Assembly: GCA_949358305.1 (NCBI GenBank)
Contig: OX442314.1
Span: forward strand, 31,558,001-31,622,000
From: Strigamia acuminata
Lineage: Eukaryota
Direction of reading: 5' to 3'
Length of the DNA stretch: 64,000 nt
A model generated the notes under the pieces. That model did no database searches. It was given only the letters and a program-made list of their open reading frames with translations, and had not been told where the DNA came from. Both the position numbers and the translations under genes were made by a program. This document shows positions 36,067-49,214 of this stretch, in pieces (within the stretch, counting starts at the first letter, position 1; every line of letters starts with the position of its first letter).

Positions 36067-36094
36067 ACCCAAATTGGGGTACCCCAATTTGGGT
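36067..36094. repeat. Perfect 28-bp palindrome
   Basis: ACCCAAATTGGGGTACCCCAATTTGGGT is its own reverse complement. Confidence 0.9.
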
Positions 36095-37708
36095 GTACCC
36101 TGCATTTTGTTCAAAGCCAAACGATACTCTTATCAAGTACATCCACATGAGTCAAACCATCAAATCGTGTTAATTCAGGTAAACAATCATCACATTTAAA
36201 TCAAACATAACTCTAAACATTATTTCTAATTCCAGATTGAAGAACGAATTCCTCCATTCAAAGGTCGCCTGTAATCAAGAGTCCAAGGCGAATTAATTTC
36301 CGCGCAATCAAGAAACTGATAAAATAATGAAAGCAATAACAAACTAATTTGTTATTTCCAGTTACATCAACCCTGGCCACCAATTCAAGAACAGAAGCAG
36401 ATTCTCTGGCATTAGGACTTCTCGAGCGAGGCTGCGAATCAGATGAGTAGAAATCCCGATCGTATGTATTGAGATAATTAAATTAAAAACCCTGTTTATT
36501 AATTTCTAAGGTTTTTTCCAAGCTACCAGGAGCGGCCCATCCAAAGAATACTGGCTGAAATCACTGTAAAAATCTTTCCAAAACGACTAATCTATGAAAA
36601 TAAGAATTGCCGAGACAGGTTGGTTATCAAGTCTGCTAAGTGATCGTCGCACTGAGACATTGCACGCATGCTGTGGTACAGTGGTCCGTCAGCGCCATAA
36701 ACAAGGACTAGTCGTCTTGCTGTCCGTTCGAGGTTGGTGTTGTGACAGGGTTCTATGGCTTAAACTGTACTTCCGAGAAACAATGGGCATGACGTTGTAA
36801 ATGCACGAACCAATCGGCACATTTCATGAATTGGACTATAAATTATGTCGTCGACACAATTATTTGAATGAATTATAATACCGTAAATATAATTTCCGAT
36901 TTTTAATTTTGTTTTTAAATTGCCGGGCATTTCTTTTCCATGCGACAGATGCGCCATCGGGTGGACTCAACTGTCACTACGTTAGCTTTGATTGATAGTG
37001 TTTTCTCTCCGACTTATTCATTCTTGATAATAATCTTGGGATGTTTTCAGAAAACTAAAATCTGTGCTTATTTTTATTTAAATCATTCTGAATTTTAAAC
37101 TCTCTGATTCCGAACAAGAGAAAAGACACTAAGGATTTGTTCTATCTTGATCGGAGATCGTGTATTTGCGCCTGTGAACCCCGTACTTATCATTCTCTCA
37201 AAGGAAGGCGTCAGTCGGTCGGTTTGTGAGTGTGCTTCGTCGTTGCTGATCGTGGTTTATTTCGGTAAAATTTTGTCCTCAGATGGATAATTTTTTCAAC
37301 GTAATGTTCTTAAGTAAGTTTGTTCAGCGATGCATCTGGTTTATTTCACTACTTAATTCGAATTTCTCAACTTGTTTTTGTTAAACATTCCATCCGTGCG
37401 TCATATTTCAAGGGAGTGGTCACTTTTTATTTTTTACTTATTATTTATATTTTAATTTTTTAATTTTTTCTTCATACATGCATTGATTGGTAATAGAATT
37501 GCCGGACGAAATGTGTTGGATTGTTCGAACTAAGTAAATGTTAAATAGTGAATTAGGGGGTGTAAAATCCAACTCTCAACCTTCACGTGGTCACCCCTGG
37601 AGAAACTGACGACTTGAACTAGTCCCAGTGGAACCAAAAGAGAGCTCTGGTTACATGCAGTTTGTCTTGCTTTCAATTTAAAAAAAAATATATCTTATGG
37701 TTGATATA

Positions 37709-38092
37709 TTTGTATTGTAAGCCTGCAAATCCTACAAGATTGTGGCATTTACATTTATTTGTATTGTAAGCCTGCAAATCCTACAAGATTGTGGCATTTA
37801 CATTTATTTGTATTGTAAGCCTGCAAATCCTACAAGATTGTGGCATTTACATTTATTTGTATTGTAAGCCTGCAAATCCTACAAGATTGTGGCATTTACA
37901 TTTATTTGTATTGTAAGCCTGCAAATTCTACAAGATTGTGGCATTTACATTTATTTGTATTGTAAGCCTGCAAATCCTACAAGATTGTGGCATTTACATT
38001 TATTTGTATTGTAAGCCTGCAAATTCTACAAGATTGTGGCATTTACATTTATTTGTATTGTAAGCCTGCAATCCTACATGTGGCATTTACAT
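37709..38092. repeat. 49-bp minisatellite, 7 full copies and 1 deleted copy
   Basis: tttgtattgtaagcctgcaaat(c/t)ctacaagattgtggcatttacattta head-to-tail, no spacers. Confidence 0.95.
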
Positions 38093-39780
38093 GATTTTAT
38101 ACCACATTTTTACATGAATCTACTTTATCCAATATTTTATTCAGAACATTCCTAAAATATTTGTGCAGATGCTGTTGTTGGTTGTTCTTGATTCAATTTT
38201 TGAGATCGATTGTTCCAGGATCTTGTTTTGTATCCACTGCAACTATTTTTTCTCAATATTTGTTAGTTGTTAAGTGGCCATTTGTGTAAAATGATAATTT
38301 TTATATTTTACTACCTTGGCCCTCTGGTTTTGATTTGGTTTTCTACCCACGTTATCATTGGATGGTTTGTTACCTGTTGACTAGTTTCTCCTCCATTACC
38401 TATTATTGTTTTTTTCCCAATGTTTATTTGTCACAAATTGGAAAAAGTTAACCAGGTTGTAGCATTGATAGACCTGAAACACTTTCAAAACGAACATTTG
38501 TTTTATTACAATACTTAATGGCCACTGGTTTCCCTGATTCACACTTAAACCTCGTACAAAACCCCAACATCCCTAGTACATATGTGCCACTGCCATTTCT
38601 TTTTTCCATCAAGAGTAATTACTTCCCAGTAAAGTGATTTTCAAACATAAATGCCATTGACAATTTTTGGGTTTCCAATGGAATCTTCATGTAACGTGAC
38701 CATATTTCGTAAAAATTGTCGTCGAACCCATCGATTAGCCTCATTGGAATGTTGTTCAGCGGGTTGAACTTGACTAGCATTTCAAATATTTCAAATATTT
38801 TTGGATGGTTCTGGTTCATAAAGAAATTTGAAATTAAAGAAGAAAAAATAACTACTTCGGTGTTAGTTTCGATGGCCTCAAAATTAATCGCCTTTTCTTT
38901 ATTACCGATCGATGATCATCAGCGCCACTACTCTCATCATCGGAACCGACAAGTGATGTGTTTAGCATACCATCACTGTCTGATTCGTCATCGTAGACAG
39001 ATTTCACTACGACGAACTCCAATTTCGTCAGCTTTTCGTGGCTCCTCTCTATATTTGGTTTATATAAAATATTATATTTTTCGAGGATGTTTCTTGTTAA
39101 AATTCGACGGAGCGTCTCTTGTCCGTCTCATCGATTTTGGCTGTGGTCTCTTCTGCTTTTCGGCTTTTCTTGGGCATGCTTGGAGGCGGATGAGGCAATA
39201 AAGATTGCTTATAGATTGCTTATGATTGATTGCTGATGATTGATTGCTGATGATTGATTGATGATTGATTGATTGATTGCTTATGATTGCATAAGAATGC
39301 TTATGTATAGATTCCCATGTCCTCATTCCCAGATGAAACTGATGACATGAACACAGTTTAATTTCGAGCAGTTGTTGCTGCAATTCGTGAAACTAAAAAT
39401 AATTGTAATTTAACATTGGTTGTATGAAAAACGAGGGCAACATTTCAAATCTCTGCTTATTATTTTCTGGTTAAACCCCTCCATATTGCCTGTCAAGAAT
39501 GTCACACATAGGCTCAATTGGATTTAAGCTTATACCACCACTTTGTTACGTGGTTTATGGGGTTGATTCCTTTGTTACTTCCACTACGATAAAGTGCTGA
39601 TTTTGGTGACGATCACCACATGTCATTCCAACTAGTGCTGTTCGGTAGGCTTTCCCGCATTGCCTGACACACTCATTTTTTTTATAATAATTAATTTTTC
39701 ATCTACTTTATGTAAAAAAAATTAAACTTACTAATTTTATCTTCGAATGTGAGCGGCTCTCCACTGATTGCTGCCACTGT

Positions 39781-40470
39781 CTACCATAAGACTCTACAGA
39801 TGGGGCATGTCTCGTTGTCATAACCGCATCGCAAAAAACACTGGTAGCGGAAAGAGTGTCTACAGTTTAGTTTCACTACAACTTCATCTTTTTTCATCTT
39901 ATACTGGCAGATGACACAAACTTCAGTGGAATCCACCTCTACTGTTTTTGGGTCTAACTCTTGAGGTTGACGTGGAATTGGAGGTGGTGTACTGGTAGCT
40001 GCTGGTCTTCCTCCTCATCTTCTGATAAGTAAATAACGTCTTCCGCTTGCACAACCTGTTGCTGTGGTTGATTTGCTAATGTTGTTTCTGCAATCCGAAG
40101 TCGCTCCTGCACCGTGGCTAAATGGTTTTGAGAGAATTCCAAGTCTCTCTCTAATGATGTTATCTGTGCAGTTTGTTGAGCAAGTCGTTCTAGCACATGA
40201 CCATACACAAACTGGATTTCCTTGTCACTTGGCTGTCGGTGCATCCACTGGAGTGGTGCAAGTGGCGGCAGGTGATGGTGGTGGTCTCCACTGTGCTCTG
40301 TTCTCTTGAAAATATGCTTGCATTTCATCAAAAACATTTCTGGGTGCTCTCTGTGTCATGTTTTCTTTTGAGTGAATTTGAAAATACAGTTGCTGATATT
40401 TGGCATTTGACTTATGTCTTCCTGCTTTTCTTTGACATTTCTTTTCATTGGGTGTTCACTTTAACGTGAT
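39781..40470 (-). pseudogene. Coiled-coil plus RING-H2 E3-ligase-like pseudogene
   Basis: PPLAPLQWM...EIQFVYGHV...LERDLE; after a frameshift near 39955, CVICQYKM...LNCRHSFRYQCF...TCPICR-stop. Confidence 0.75.
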
Positions 40471-40557
40471 ATCCTGCTTTGACATAACCTTTAAAATAAA
40501 AACTATACAGAAAACTTAGGCTTTACATCACTGTATCGAATGGAGTGTCATTCACTT

Positions 40558-40740
40558 TCCAATGCGAACTTCAGTGACACGGCCCATCTTCCACTGGAGC
40601 CGGGGTCGGCCTTGTTCCTCAACCAACACGACGTCGCCCACTTTCAACTCGAGGAATCTCGATTTTCCAGACTGTGTTTTTAAGTCTGTCAAATATTCTC
40701 TCTGCCATCGATTCCAAAAGGAAAGTAGAGTCCAACTCCA
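40558..40740 (-). mobile_element. BEL/Pao integrase C-terminal (DUF5641-like) fragment
   Basis: FWNRWQREYLTDL...VGDVVLVEEQGRPRLQWKMGRVTEV. Confidence 0.8.
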
Positions 40741-43700
40741 TTAAAAAATCTTTAAACCACTTACGATATTTCTGAAGAAACCTTACAGCTGTTACAGAGT
40801 TCATTTTGCGGTTGAAAATGGTTGCTTTTTTCCTGTTCTTATCATGCCCCCTAATTATTTTGTTTATTGTGAGTAGGAAATTGCTAATTGGTAATAGGTA
40901 AACCCCCCTCCTCGTGGAAGGAGTGGTGGTAGAGGATTCCTTTGAGGATTCCTTTCGATATTCCGTGATAGTTTCCGATTTTGACGTTTATTTTCAGAGT
41001 CTAAATCTTTGGCATTTTTTATCAATCTAGCAACATCATCTGCATCAACATCTGTAATGTTGGCAGGGTGCGCGTTCGCATGAAAAACATCTCGACAGAA
41101 TCTCATTCTCCAGTCCCAATTTTGAATTTTGTTCAACACAAAACCGAATTCGTCAAACATCAGCATATCGCATCCAAACTGTTGGTGGTGGTGGTGGTGT
41201 TGGTGGTTGTTTCCCCCTGTGTTCTGTTTTGCTAAAAATAATCCTCCATTTCATCAAATACATTTCTGTATGCTCTTCCTTGATTTGTCATGATTGCTTT
41301 TGAGTGAATTTGGATGTACTAAAATACACTTGTTGATATTTGGCTCTTGACTTTTATCTCTTCCTGCTTTTGTTTGACATTACTTTTTATTGGGTGTTCA
41401 CTTTAATGTGATATCCTGCTTTGTCATTTGTCATTTGACATTTGTCATTCACTTTCATTCAGTTGACAATGAATGCTTGAAGGTGGGCATACCGACATTC
41501 GCCAGCAGCGTGTAAACTTTTTTGGCATCATTTACAATCTTGTTGTAGACAAAAATGCTGTTCATCTGCATGCAGCACAGCTCCCAGTCGTCATTTGCAT
41601 CGTATTCTCGTAGTTCCTATTCCGGACGGGGCCCCCAATTGTGACGGGTCGTCTCTTTCACGGCAATTTGGGGAATGATTACCGTGGGTGTGCCCGGACC
41701 TCCACATTATGATGGAGACAGGGACTCCGGATTGTTGGTTTTGGCCTTTAATCCGTTGTCTAGGGGTCTGAGTACCCATCACCCGTGCTGGTGCCGAAGG
41801 GCACACCACACCTACAACCGTCCCATCATACTCTGTAATACATTCTGCTATGGTACTCTGGCCGTGGTCTCGAAACGTCACTTTTAGACTGATTGCGTAC
41901 TTAAAAAAGGGTAAAACAAAACACGCCCGTTAATTTCGCGCAATTTCGCATATCGCCCGCTACTCGCTTCGTTGTTTTTGTCCTTCTCGAGGGAAACATT
42001 TCCCACGCTTCCAACCCTCTTCAAGTGACGTCCAAAATTATCGTCGATTTTTTTTACCCACGTCTCAAGTTCGGGGAGCCAGCTGCTTTCACTGTTTTAA
42101 TTTCTCGTATTAGTTTGTCAATATTTCGTCGTTGGTTGTCAGTGACTTTCTTTAGATATTTAATCTCTTTTACACGTTGGCTGTATTCATCAAATACCTG
42201 TGTACTTTAAATAATTACAAAATTAAAATTAAAAATTTCTATTACAAAAAATACAAGTCGGCTTACTTTTAATTGCCTTGACATTTCTCTTCTGCTTCTT
42301 CGATGTTCAGAACAATTTCCAAGTCGGACATTTGCTTCGTTATTTCTACCATGACAATGTGACGATTCTGATGTCGTCTGCATCTCATTCCTATCAATGC
42401 GTTCGGTTGTTCGGCATGCTTTCTCGCATAACTTGGCATACTCCTTGGTTGAAAACAATTAATTTTTCATCTAATGTAAAAAAAAAAAAATTACACTTAC
42501 TGATTTTTGCCTCGAAGGTGAGGGGTTCTCCGCTCATTGCTGCCATTTTTGGAAATGAGTGTTGGGGGTGAGGAAAATGGGGAATTGGGAATGTGTGTTG
42601 GATTTTTTCTTTCAACACATGTCTTTGCATGTGGTCATAACAACTGACTTTTGGCATTTTAATGTGTGTGAATTCTTGAGAAAGTTCAAAGCCGTGACCC
42701 CGATCATGACGTTAGCTGCATTTGTTTACATTTTTTTGTTTCTGAATTTTACCACCAGATGTCACTAGCGCCTGGAAAATTGATGAAATTTCAATTTTTT
42801 TTTCTTCTTTTGTGTTTTGAATTAAAAAATTAACATATGTAAACAAAGTAAAAGGTTTATTTTCTTTAATTTCTACCTTTTTTCTTGATGAAACAAAAGA
42901 GCATTCCACAATGGTCCGGGCGTGTCCTTCTTTACGGACCACTCGAGTGAGTCACGGTTACCGAATCCTTCAATTCGGTACGCGAGACGTAATTTGGTCC
43001 TCAAAATTCATGTTCCAACTATGAAAATTGAAGAACACTTCATACAAGTGGAAAAAAAGAGACTATATGCCTAATTATTAAAGAGACTCAATGCATAATT
43101 ATCAAAGAGATGAGTTGAAAACAATGAAATCTTAACAAAAATTATGGTTGATTATGATTTTTTATAAAATTTAAAGATTCGGGGATTCGGAAACCTTATC
43201 TCGGACCTCTTACTTGTACTTACTTCAATCGTAACTCATGAATTTTAGAAGAGATTGTTTCAACAATTAATGATCTCGGGATTCTGGGAAATCTTATCTC
43301 CGTTGCAACTGCAATATTGGAGAGAAAAAAATCATTGTTATTTTTCTTACGAATATTTTTATGCTAATTCGTCTAATCTAAAATTTAATGAGTAAGAACC
43401 AAAATCTTTATTGACTTGAGTCGGGTGATCTCAACGTGGTAAGACGAATGGCGTCGGCTCGTCGTAAAGATTGTGGCCCTTTGTCAAAATCTTTCTCTCT
43501 CAGCCCTTGAGGCGGCTGTATGGGTTGATTGGTTGTTTGCTTTCGAACAATAAACTTCAATTCCTTCCACAACTTCCAGTTTTTCTTTGTAAATGAAAAT
43601 TGTAATTAATTATTAAGAATAATTATACAATTGATGGTAAACGTTTTTTTTACATGTACGTCTGGTTGTATTTGAGCAGTTGGTGTCGATGACCCATGTA

Positions 43701-44389
43701 GAAATGTAATTTCATCCACATCGTTAGATGATTCTTAAAGAGGAAGATTTTTTTTTAATTTATCGAAATAGACTTCTCATATACCTATTACTTGTGTGTT
43801 GAAGACAAAAAGCTCTTCTGGGTTGCCTTTAGCATGATCGTTTGTTATATTATGATTTTTGAAAGATTGACACTCCATGTCTTTTTTATCCACCTGTGTC
43901 TGCAGATTGATGATCGTATTCTGCAGTTGTCTAATTTTTTCTTCTGCCTCGCTACACGTAGCACAGGTAAATTTGTCAATCAACATCTTCATTCTTTGAA
44001 ACAACGTGTTTTTCCCAGCATTGCTGCTTTCGAGTTTCGCATGTACGCAACTCTCCTGTTATAAAGAAAAGGAGAAATGTATAGAATTAATCAGCAACAC
44101 ACAATTAAAATGAAGTCACACAAACGTCTCGCATCAAATCGATATTTTATGACATTTCCTCTTCCTGAGTTCCTTTCACAGGGCTTTCCTGTTGATTGCT
44201 CGTCAATTCATTAGCAATGTGGAAAAATACAATTTATGACTTAATATCTTTTTATGTCGTTAAGGTAATAAAAAATAAATATGATATATTTTGTTATTTC
44301 ATATCTAAAATAAACAAACAAAAATTTAAAAATGCACCGGAAAATAAAGGTGGATTTCCAAAATCAGATTTTCTGTTATCAGGTAAAAC

Positions 44390-46650
44390 CCATTGATTAG
44401 TCTCATTTTAATGTTGTTCAGCGAGTTGAACGTGGCAGCATTACTTTTTTTTAGGCAGTTTCTGGTAAAAATTCGGTGGAGCACCTCTTGTCTGGTTCAT
44501 CGACCTTGGATGTCGTGTCCATTGCTTATCGGCTTTCTTGGGCATGCCTGGAGGCGGAGGAGGCAATCAAGATTGCTTATTGTGCTTAAAGGTGTAGATT
44601 CCCATGCCCTCATTCCTAAATGAAACTGGTGACATGAACACTTGTTTAATTTCGAGCAGTTGTTGCTGCAATTCGTGTAACTAAAAATAATTGTAATTTT
44701 GCATTGGTTGTATGAAAACCGAGGTAAAACAATCTTAAAAACACGTGTAATCTTAAAACATGTGGCTTCTTTGTATACATAAAAAGAAAACATTTACACT
44801 TCGAATTCTAATCTGCATGCACTTAAGCTTAAACAGTAATATGTAATTTTGACATTAAAATAAGTTGTTTGGATAAAAAAAATCGTTTATTTTATTATTC
44901 TAATTTTCGTATAGTTATACTATTACAGTGCTATCCTAGTAAGTCTATCGAGACGTGTGCAACGGCGATGCAAGCGTGCGTGGCATCTCACACCGCAGAA
45001 AAAAAAATATCTAATAAAACTTGTCATAAGTCTCCAAAAACGGCTTTCTCAAGTGAACACGACCGGTATTTTTTTTTTTGTTGGCGTGCTGTGCCGTGAA
45101 CGAATTAAAATAACGGCATATTTTGGATGTAAATTGTAGTAGAAGAAAATTATTATAAGTGACCATCGGAAAATTTCCATAGTTTTAACTACTTAACTAC
45201 CGTTACCAGAGATTAAAATTAACTACCTGTAATTTAAATAAAAGAATTCGTTATACAATATACAGAATTTATATATAAACATGTTTCTACACGAGTTTAA
45301 ATGCTAATTTTTTGCGTATGGCTCGGTTCGAGACTTCAATGACATCTTAACACATGTTGTCTTAAGCGGTAATTTCGGTTGGACGAATAATCGCACGAAT
45401 CACATTTAAATGGTCTTTTCCTTATATGAGTAAACAAATGCCGTCTTAAGGGGTAACTTAAGGGGTAACTTATCAAATCTCTGGTGATTATTTTTTGGTT
45501 GAACCCTCCACATTGCCTGTCAAGAATGTCCCAAGTAGGCTCAATTGCGTTTAAATCTGGAAATTGGGATGGTCAGTCGAGAACACATTTTTTTTTTGTT
45601 TGATCTGGTTTTTTCTTTTTGATCTGGATCAATTTCTTTGGCGTCTGTACTGCGACTTGGCTGGCGATCTTTGTCGATATACAAATACGGTGGTAAACTG
45701 CTGTCACTTTCACTGCTGTCACTGTCTGACAAAGATGAGAGGTCCACGAGTACAACTCCTTAACCGCTCCTTAAGTATGTTTGAGGTTATCTTTTTGGAA
45801 AATCCAATCCCTGGGCATGTTTATTTTTGGCAAATGGAAGAATGTTGGTCTGCAATATTTTTTGTATGTGGCTTTGAACTGGCTGATAAACCTCTTCTTC
45901 ATCATCTGATAAATAAATTAGTACTGGTTGCACAAACTGTTGCTGCTATTGATTTCTCATTGCTAAAGGTGTTTCTGTAACGCGTAGACGCTCCTGCACT
46001 ATTGCCAACTGGTTTTGTGACATTTCCAGGTTTCTCTCTAACGTTGTGATGTACACATTTTGTTGCGCAAAGTGTTCTTGCACATGGCCATATACAAACT
46101 GGATTTCTAAGTCACTTGGTTGACAATTCATCCACTGGAGTGGTGCAAGTGGTGGCAGGTTTTGTGGTGGTGGTGGTGGTGTTGATGGAGTCCTCTGTGC
46201 TCTGTTCTGTTGAAAATATGCCTGCATTTCATCAAAAACATTTCTGTGGCTCTGTTTGCCATGTTTTCTTTTGAGTGGATTTGAAAAATACAGTTGCTGA
46301 TATTTGACTCTTGACTGTTATCTCTTCCTGCTTTTCTTTGACATTTCTTTTCATTGGGTGTTCACTTTAACGTGGTATCCTGCTTTGACATAACCTTTAA
46401 AATAAAAACTATACAGATAGCTTAAGCTTTACATCACTGTATCGAATGGAGTGTCATTCACTTCAATTAATTCTCGTATTAATATAACGTGGATCAGCAA
46501 ACAATGTTCTTGTCAATGCTTGAAGGTGGGCATATCGACGTTCGCCAACAGCGTGTAAACTTTTTCGGCATCGTTCACAATTTTGTTGCAGACAAAAACG
46601 CTGTTCATCTGCATGCAGCACAGCTCCTCGTCGTCATTTGGATCGTATTC
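44390..46650 (-). repeat. Diverged segmental duplicate of the 38730-41610 cassette, including a paralog of the coiled-coil gene (45946-46400)
   Basis: Collinear blocks: 38733 with 44395; 39160-39430 with 44530-44720; 40100-40555 with 45985-46462; 41470-41610 with 46515-46650. Confidence 0.8.
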
Positions 46651-49214
46651 TTGTGGTGCCCCACGGAATAAGGTCATTTTTGATGGCAAAAATGAGCAAA
46701 AGCAGCAAAAACACGAAAAAATTCGAACTTACAGAGACTAGGCCTACTTGAGAAGCACGCGGTCAGCAACAGTCCAAAAATGTCACAAAAAGCATCAAAA
46801 TTTCAAAGAAACACAATCATAGTTTATACAATATTGCATCTGGATGTTGATTGTTGATTTGAATCATCCTCGTCGCCAATTATTAGGTTCTTGGGTTGAT
46901 TGTTGTAGATTACGACTGCTCAGCCGTGTGTTGCGAGTGACCAAGTCCCGCGTCGTAGGCTGCCCATTCTTCAAATTTACACAGCCTGGCTTCGTTCAAG
47001 TTAGGTACCAAAAATTCTTTCATGCATTCTGGCACCCAATCGGCATCATCCCAAACTGCAGCCAAAGAAGCAGCCATTGCGTGTAATGGAATTAACGTGA
47101 CTGGTTTATTCAAATATTCACATAGAGGGCGCTGGACGAATGCACATCACAAACTAACAAAGGTCAAGAATTGATCAATGGAGTAGGTCACTCTGGCAGG
47201 AAACATCCAACTGACAGATTGCATAGGACTCTTTTTGTCGCCTTTGGAATTGGCATTAAATCTAAGCTAGGCAATTAAACTTCAAGGTTCAAGTGGCTCG
47301 TATTACCGCCCATGGATGACACGTGGAACCAGTTTGTGTTACTTCTTGAAGTGAGAATTGGAGCAAGTCTTACTCACCGCACTTGAGGCATACAAACCCC
47401 GTATGCACCAGCGGTATGGTATTGCGAATCTGCTTACACCATCTAAAATGTTGAGAAAAAATTGAATTTTTTTTACCAAGTACATTAAAAAATCTTTAAA
47501 TCACTTACCATATTTTTGGAGAAAGGTTACCGCAGTTTCGGAGTTCATTTTATGGTTTGTTGCGGTTGAAAATCTGGACGATAAGAAACGTACGGTATGG
47601 GTATGGGTATGCAATCAATTTAACTGTATTTCCTGTCTCACTCAATCTCTTCAAGGATCAAAGACAATAATTCGCTTTGTATTCCCAAAATATTTTAATC
47701 TCTCCATCACCAGTAATCCCCAGAAAGAAACCAACCACCAAACAAGAAAACAATAAAAACAACAAAGTCAAATACATTCAACAGTAAAACGTGTTACAAA
47801 CTGTCTGGCCTGGTTATCTCGTCAGTCACTGAACTGAGTTCCTGCAGGTGGTTTTTCACTTGCGGTTCCTCTCGGCTTGAGATGTGATCTCGTCAGTGGG
47901 TTTCTGTGTCCCTTTGTAGACACTGTCAAACGTTCCTCTGCGGGTCTGGTCGACTATTTTTACTAACAAAATAAAACAAACAGAAAACAAAATAAAATTA
48001 GGTTTATTTAACTTATTAATTTTCACAGTCATTCCTTACGTCTCATTTAGCGGTTGGTGCTGCTGGATGCTGCTTTCTCCCGTTTTCGACGAAGAGCAGT
48101 CGCGAGGAAGTGCGTGCGATTAAATGTTTTGTTTGCCCAAATTAATTGGGTTTGCATTGTTTTTTAAGGTTGAGAACTCGCCGTTCGTCGCAAATGGAAA
48201 GGCCCAAAATGTGTAAACAGGTCCATAATCATATATGCACTCAGCCAAATGCATGTGCAAATGCATATTTGGTGTAATAAAATCGGGCCCATAAATATGC
48301 TAACTCCTCCTTCAGTCGGTTCCTTTGGCATCGCTGGGCAACTTCTTGTCACGGGCAAGTTGTGGTTTTGTCGGATGGGTACCGGACTTCGTACAGTTGC
48401 TAGATACAATTGGCCACCGGCTGCTTTCAAGCCAATTGTAAATGTAAACTCGTGAAGAGCTACACGAACAGATTCCTTGTTCTCCTGAATCTCTCTTGAA
48501 GCTTAGTTCTTCACATCACCTTGGTATACGCTCACTCATCATCTCTCTCCGCCACTCATAATAGTCCTTTTATCCAGCCGCAAGGCTATTTCAGCTGTTC
48601 CGCCCCATGTCAGTTCCTTTTTATTTCTGAGGGGATGTCACAAAATTTCGCATTGTTTATTACTCCCTTTCGAATTTCGTCAGGCTATCTTATCATTCCT
48701 CATCCACCAAGCCAGACAAGAATGAACATTTCATTTTCGTCGCAGACTCGGTGCGTGGGTCAAGAATTGAGCATACCACAGCTATCAGGGCCTCGAGTTG
48801 ACCAATCTGGCTACGGTCCAAACAGAAGAGCACACACGTCTTGTGCTCTGACATCCCAAGCTAAATTTGGGCTACGGTGTAGAAAAACCTGGTCCACAAC
48901 TCGGGTTCGGCATGGAGGCAAGTCTTCTGGCTGAGACGCATTGGACATTGCCACTCCAGCGTACCCCGAGGAAAGGTTTCGCGAAATCCTCTTAACGACC
49001 ACATGAATTCCGGAATATCCGCAATCGTGGAGTAGCGGGAGCGATTGCATCTTTTCATTTTGCCGTAGTTGTACGCGTTGTACGGCCTCCTTGACCGCTT
49101 TCGCATCCGGGCTGGCTTGCGGCGCCTGGGAGATTAGATCTGGCTGCTCGATGGACCTAGGCAGGCTGTTCCCGCGTGACGATGGTCGAGGTGGCATGAC
49201 CTCAACCCATATGT

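Noticed and set aside
37709..38092. 49-bp array as a CRISPR-like locus
   Set aside because: Units are head-to-tail with no unique spacers and there are no cas genes. It is an ordinary minisatellite, as are 35284-35560 and 56197-56556.
46844..47550. Possible transposase or viral gene
   Set aside because: Exon-like and decayed, with no motif I can assign.
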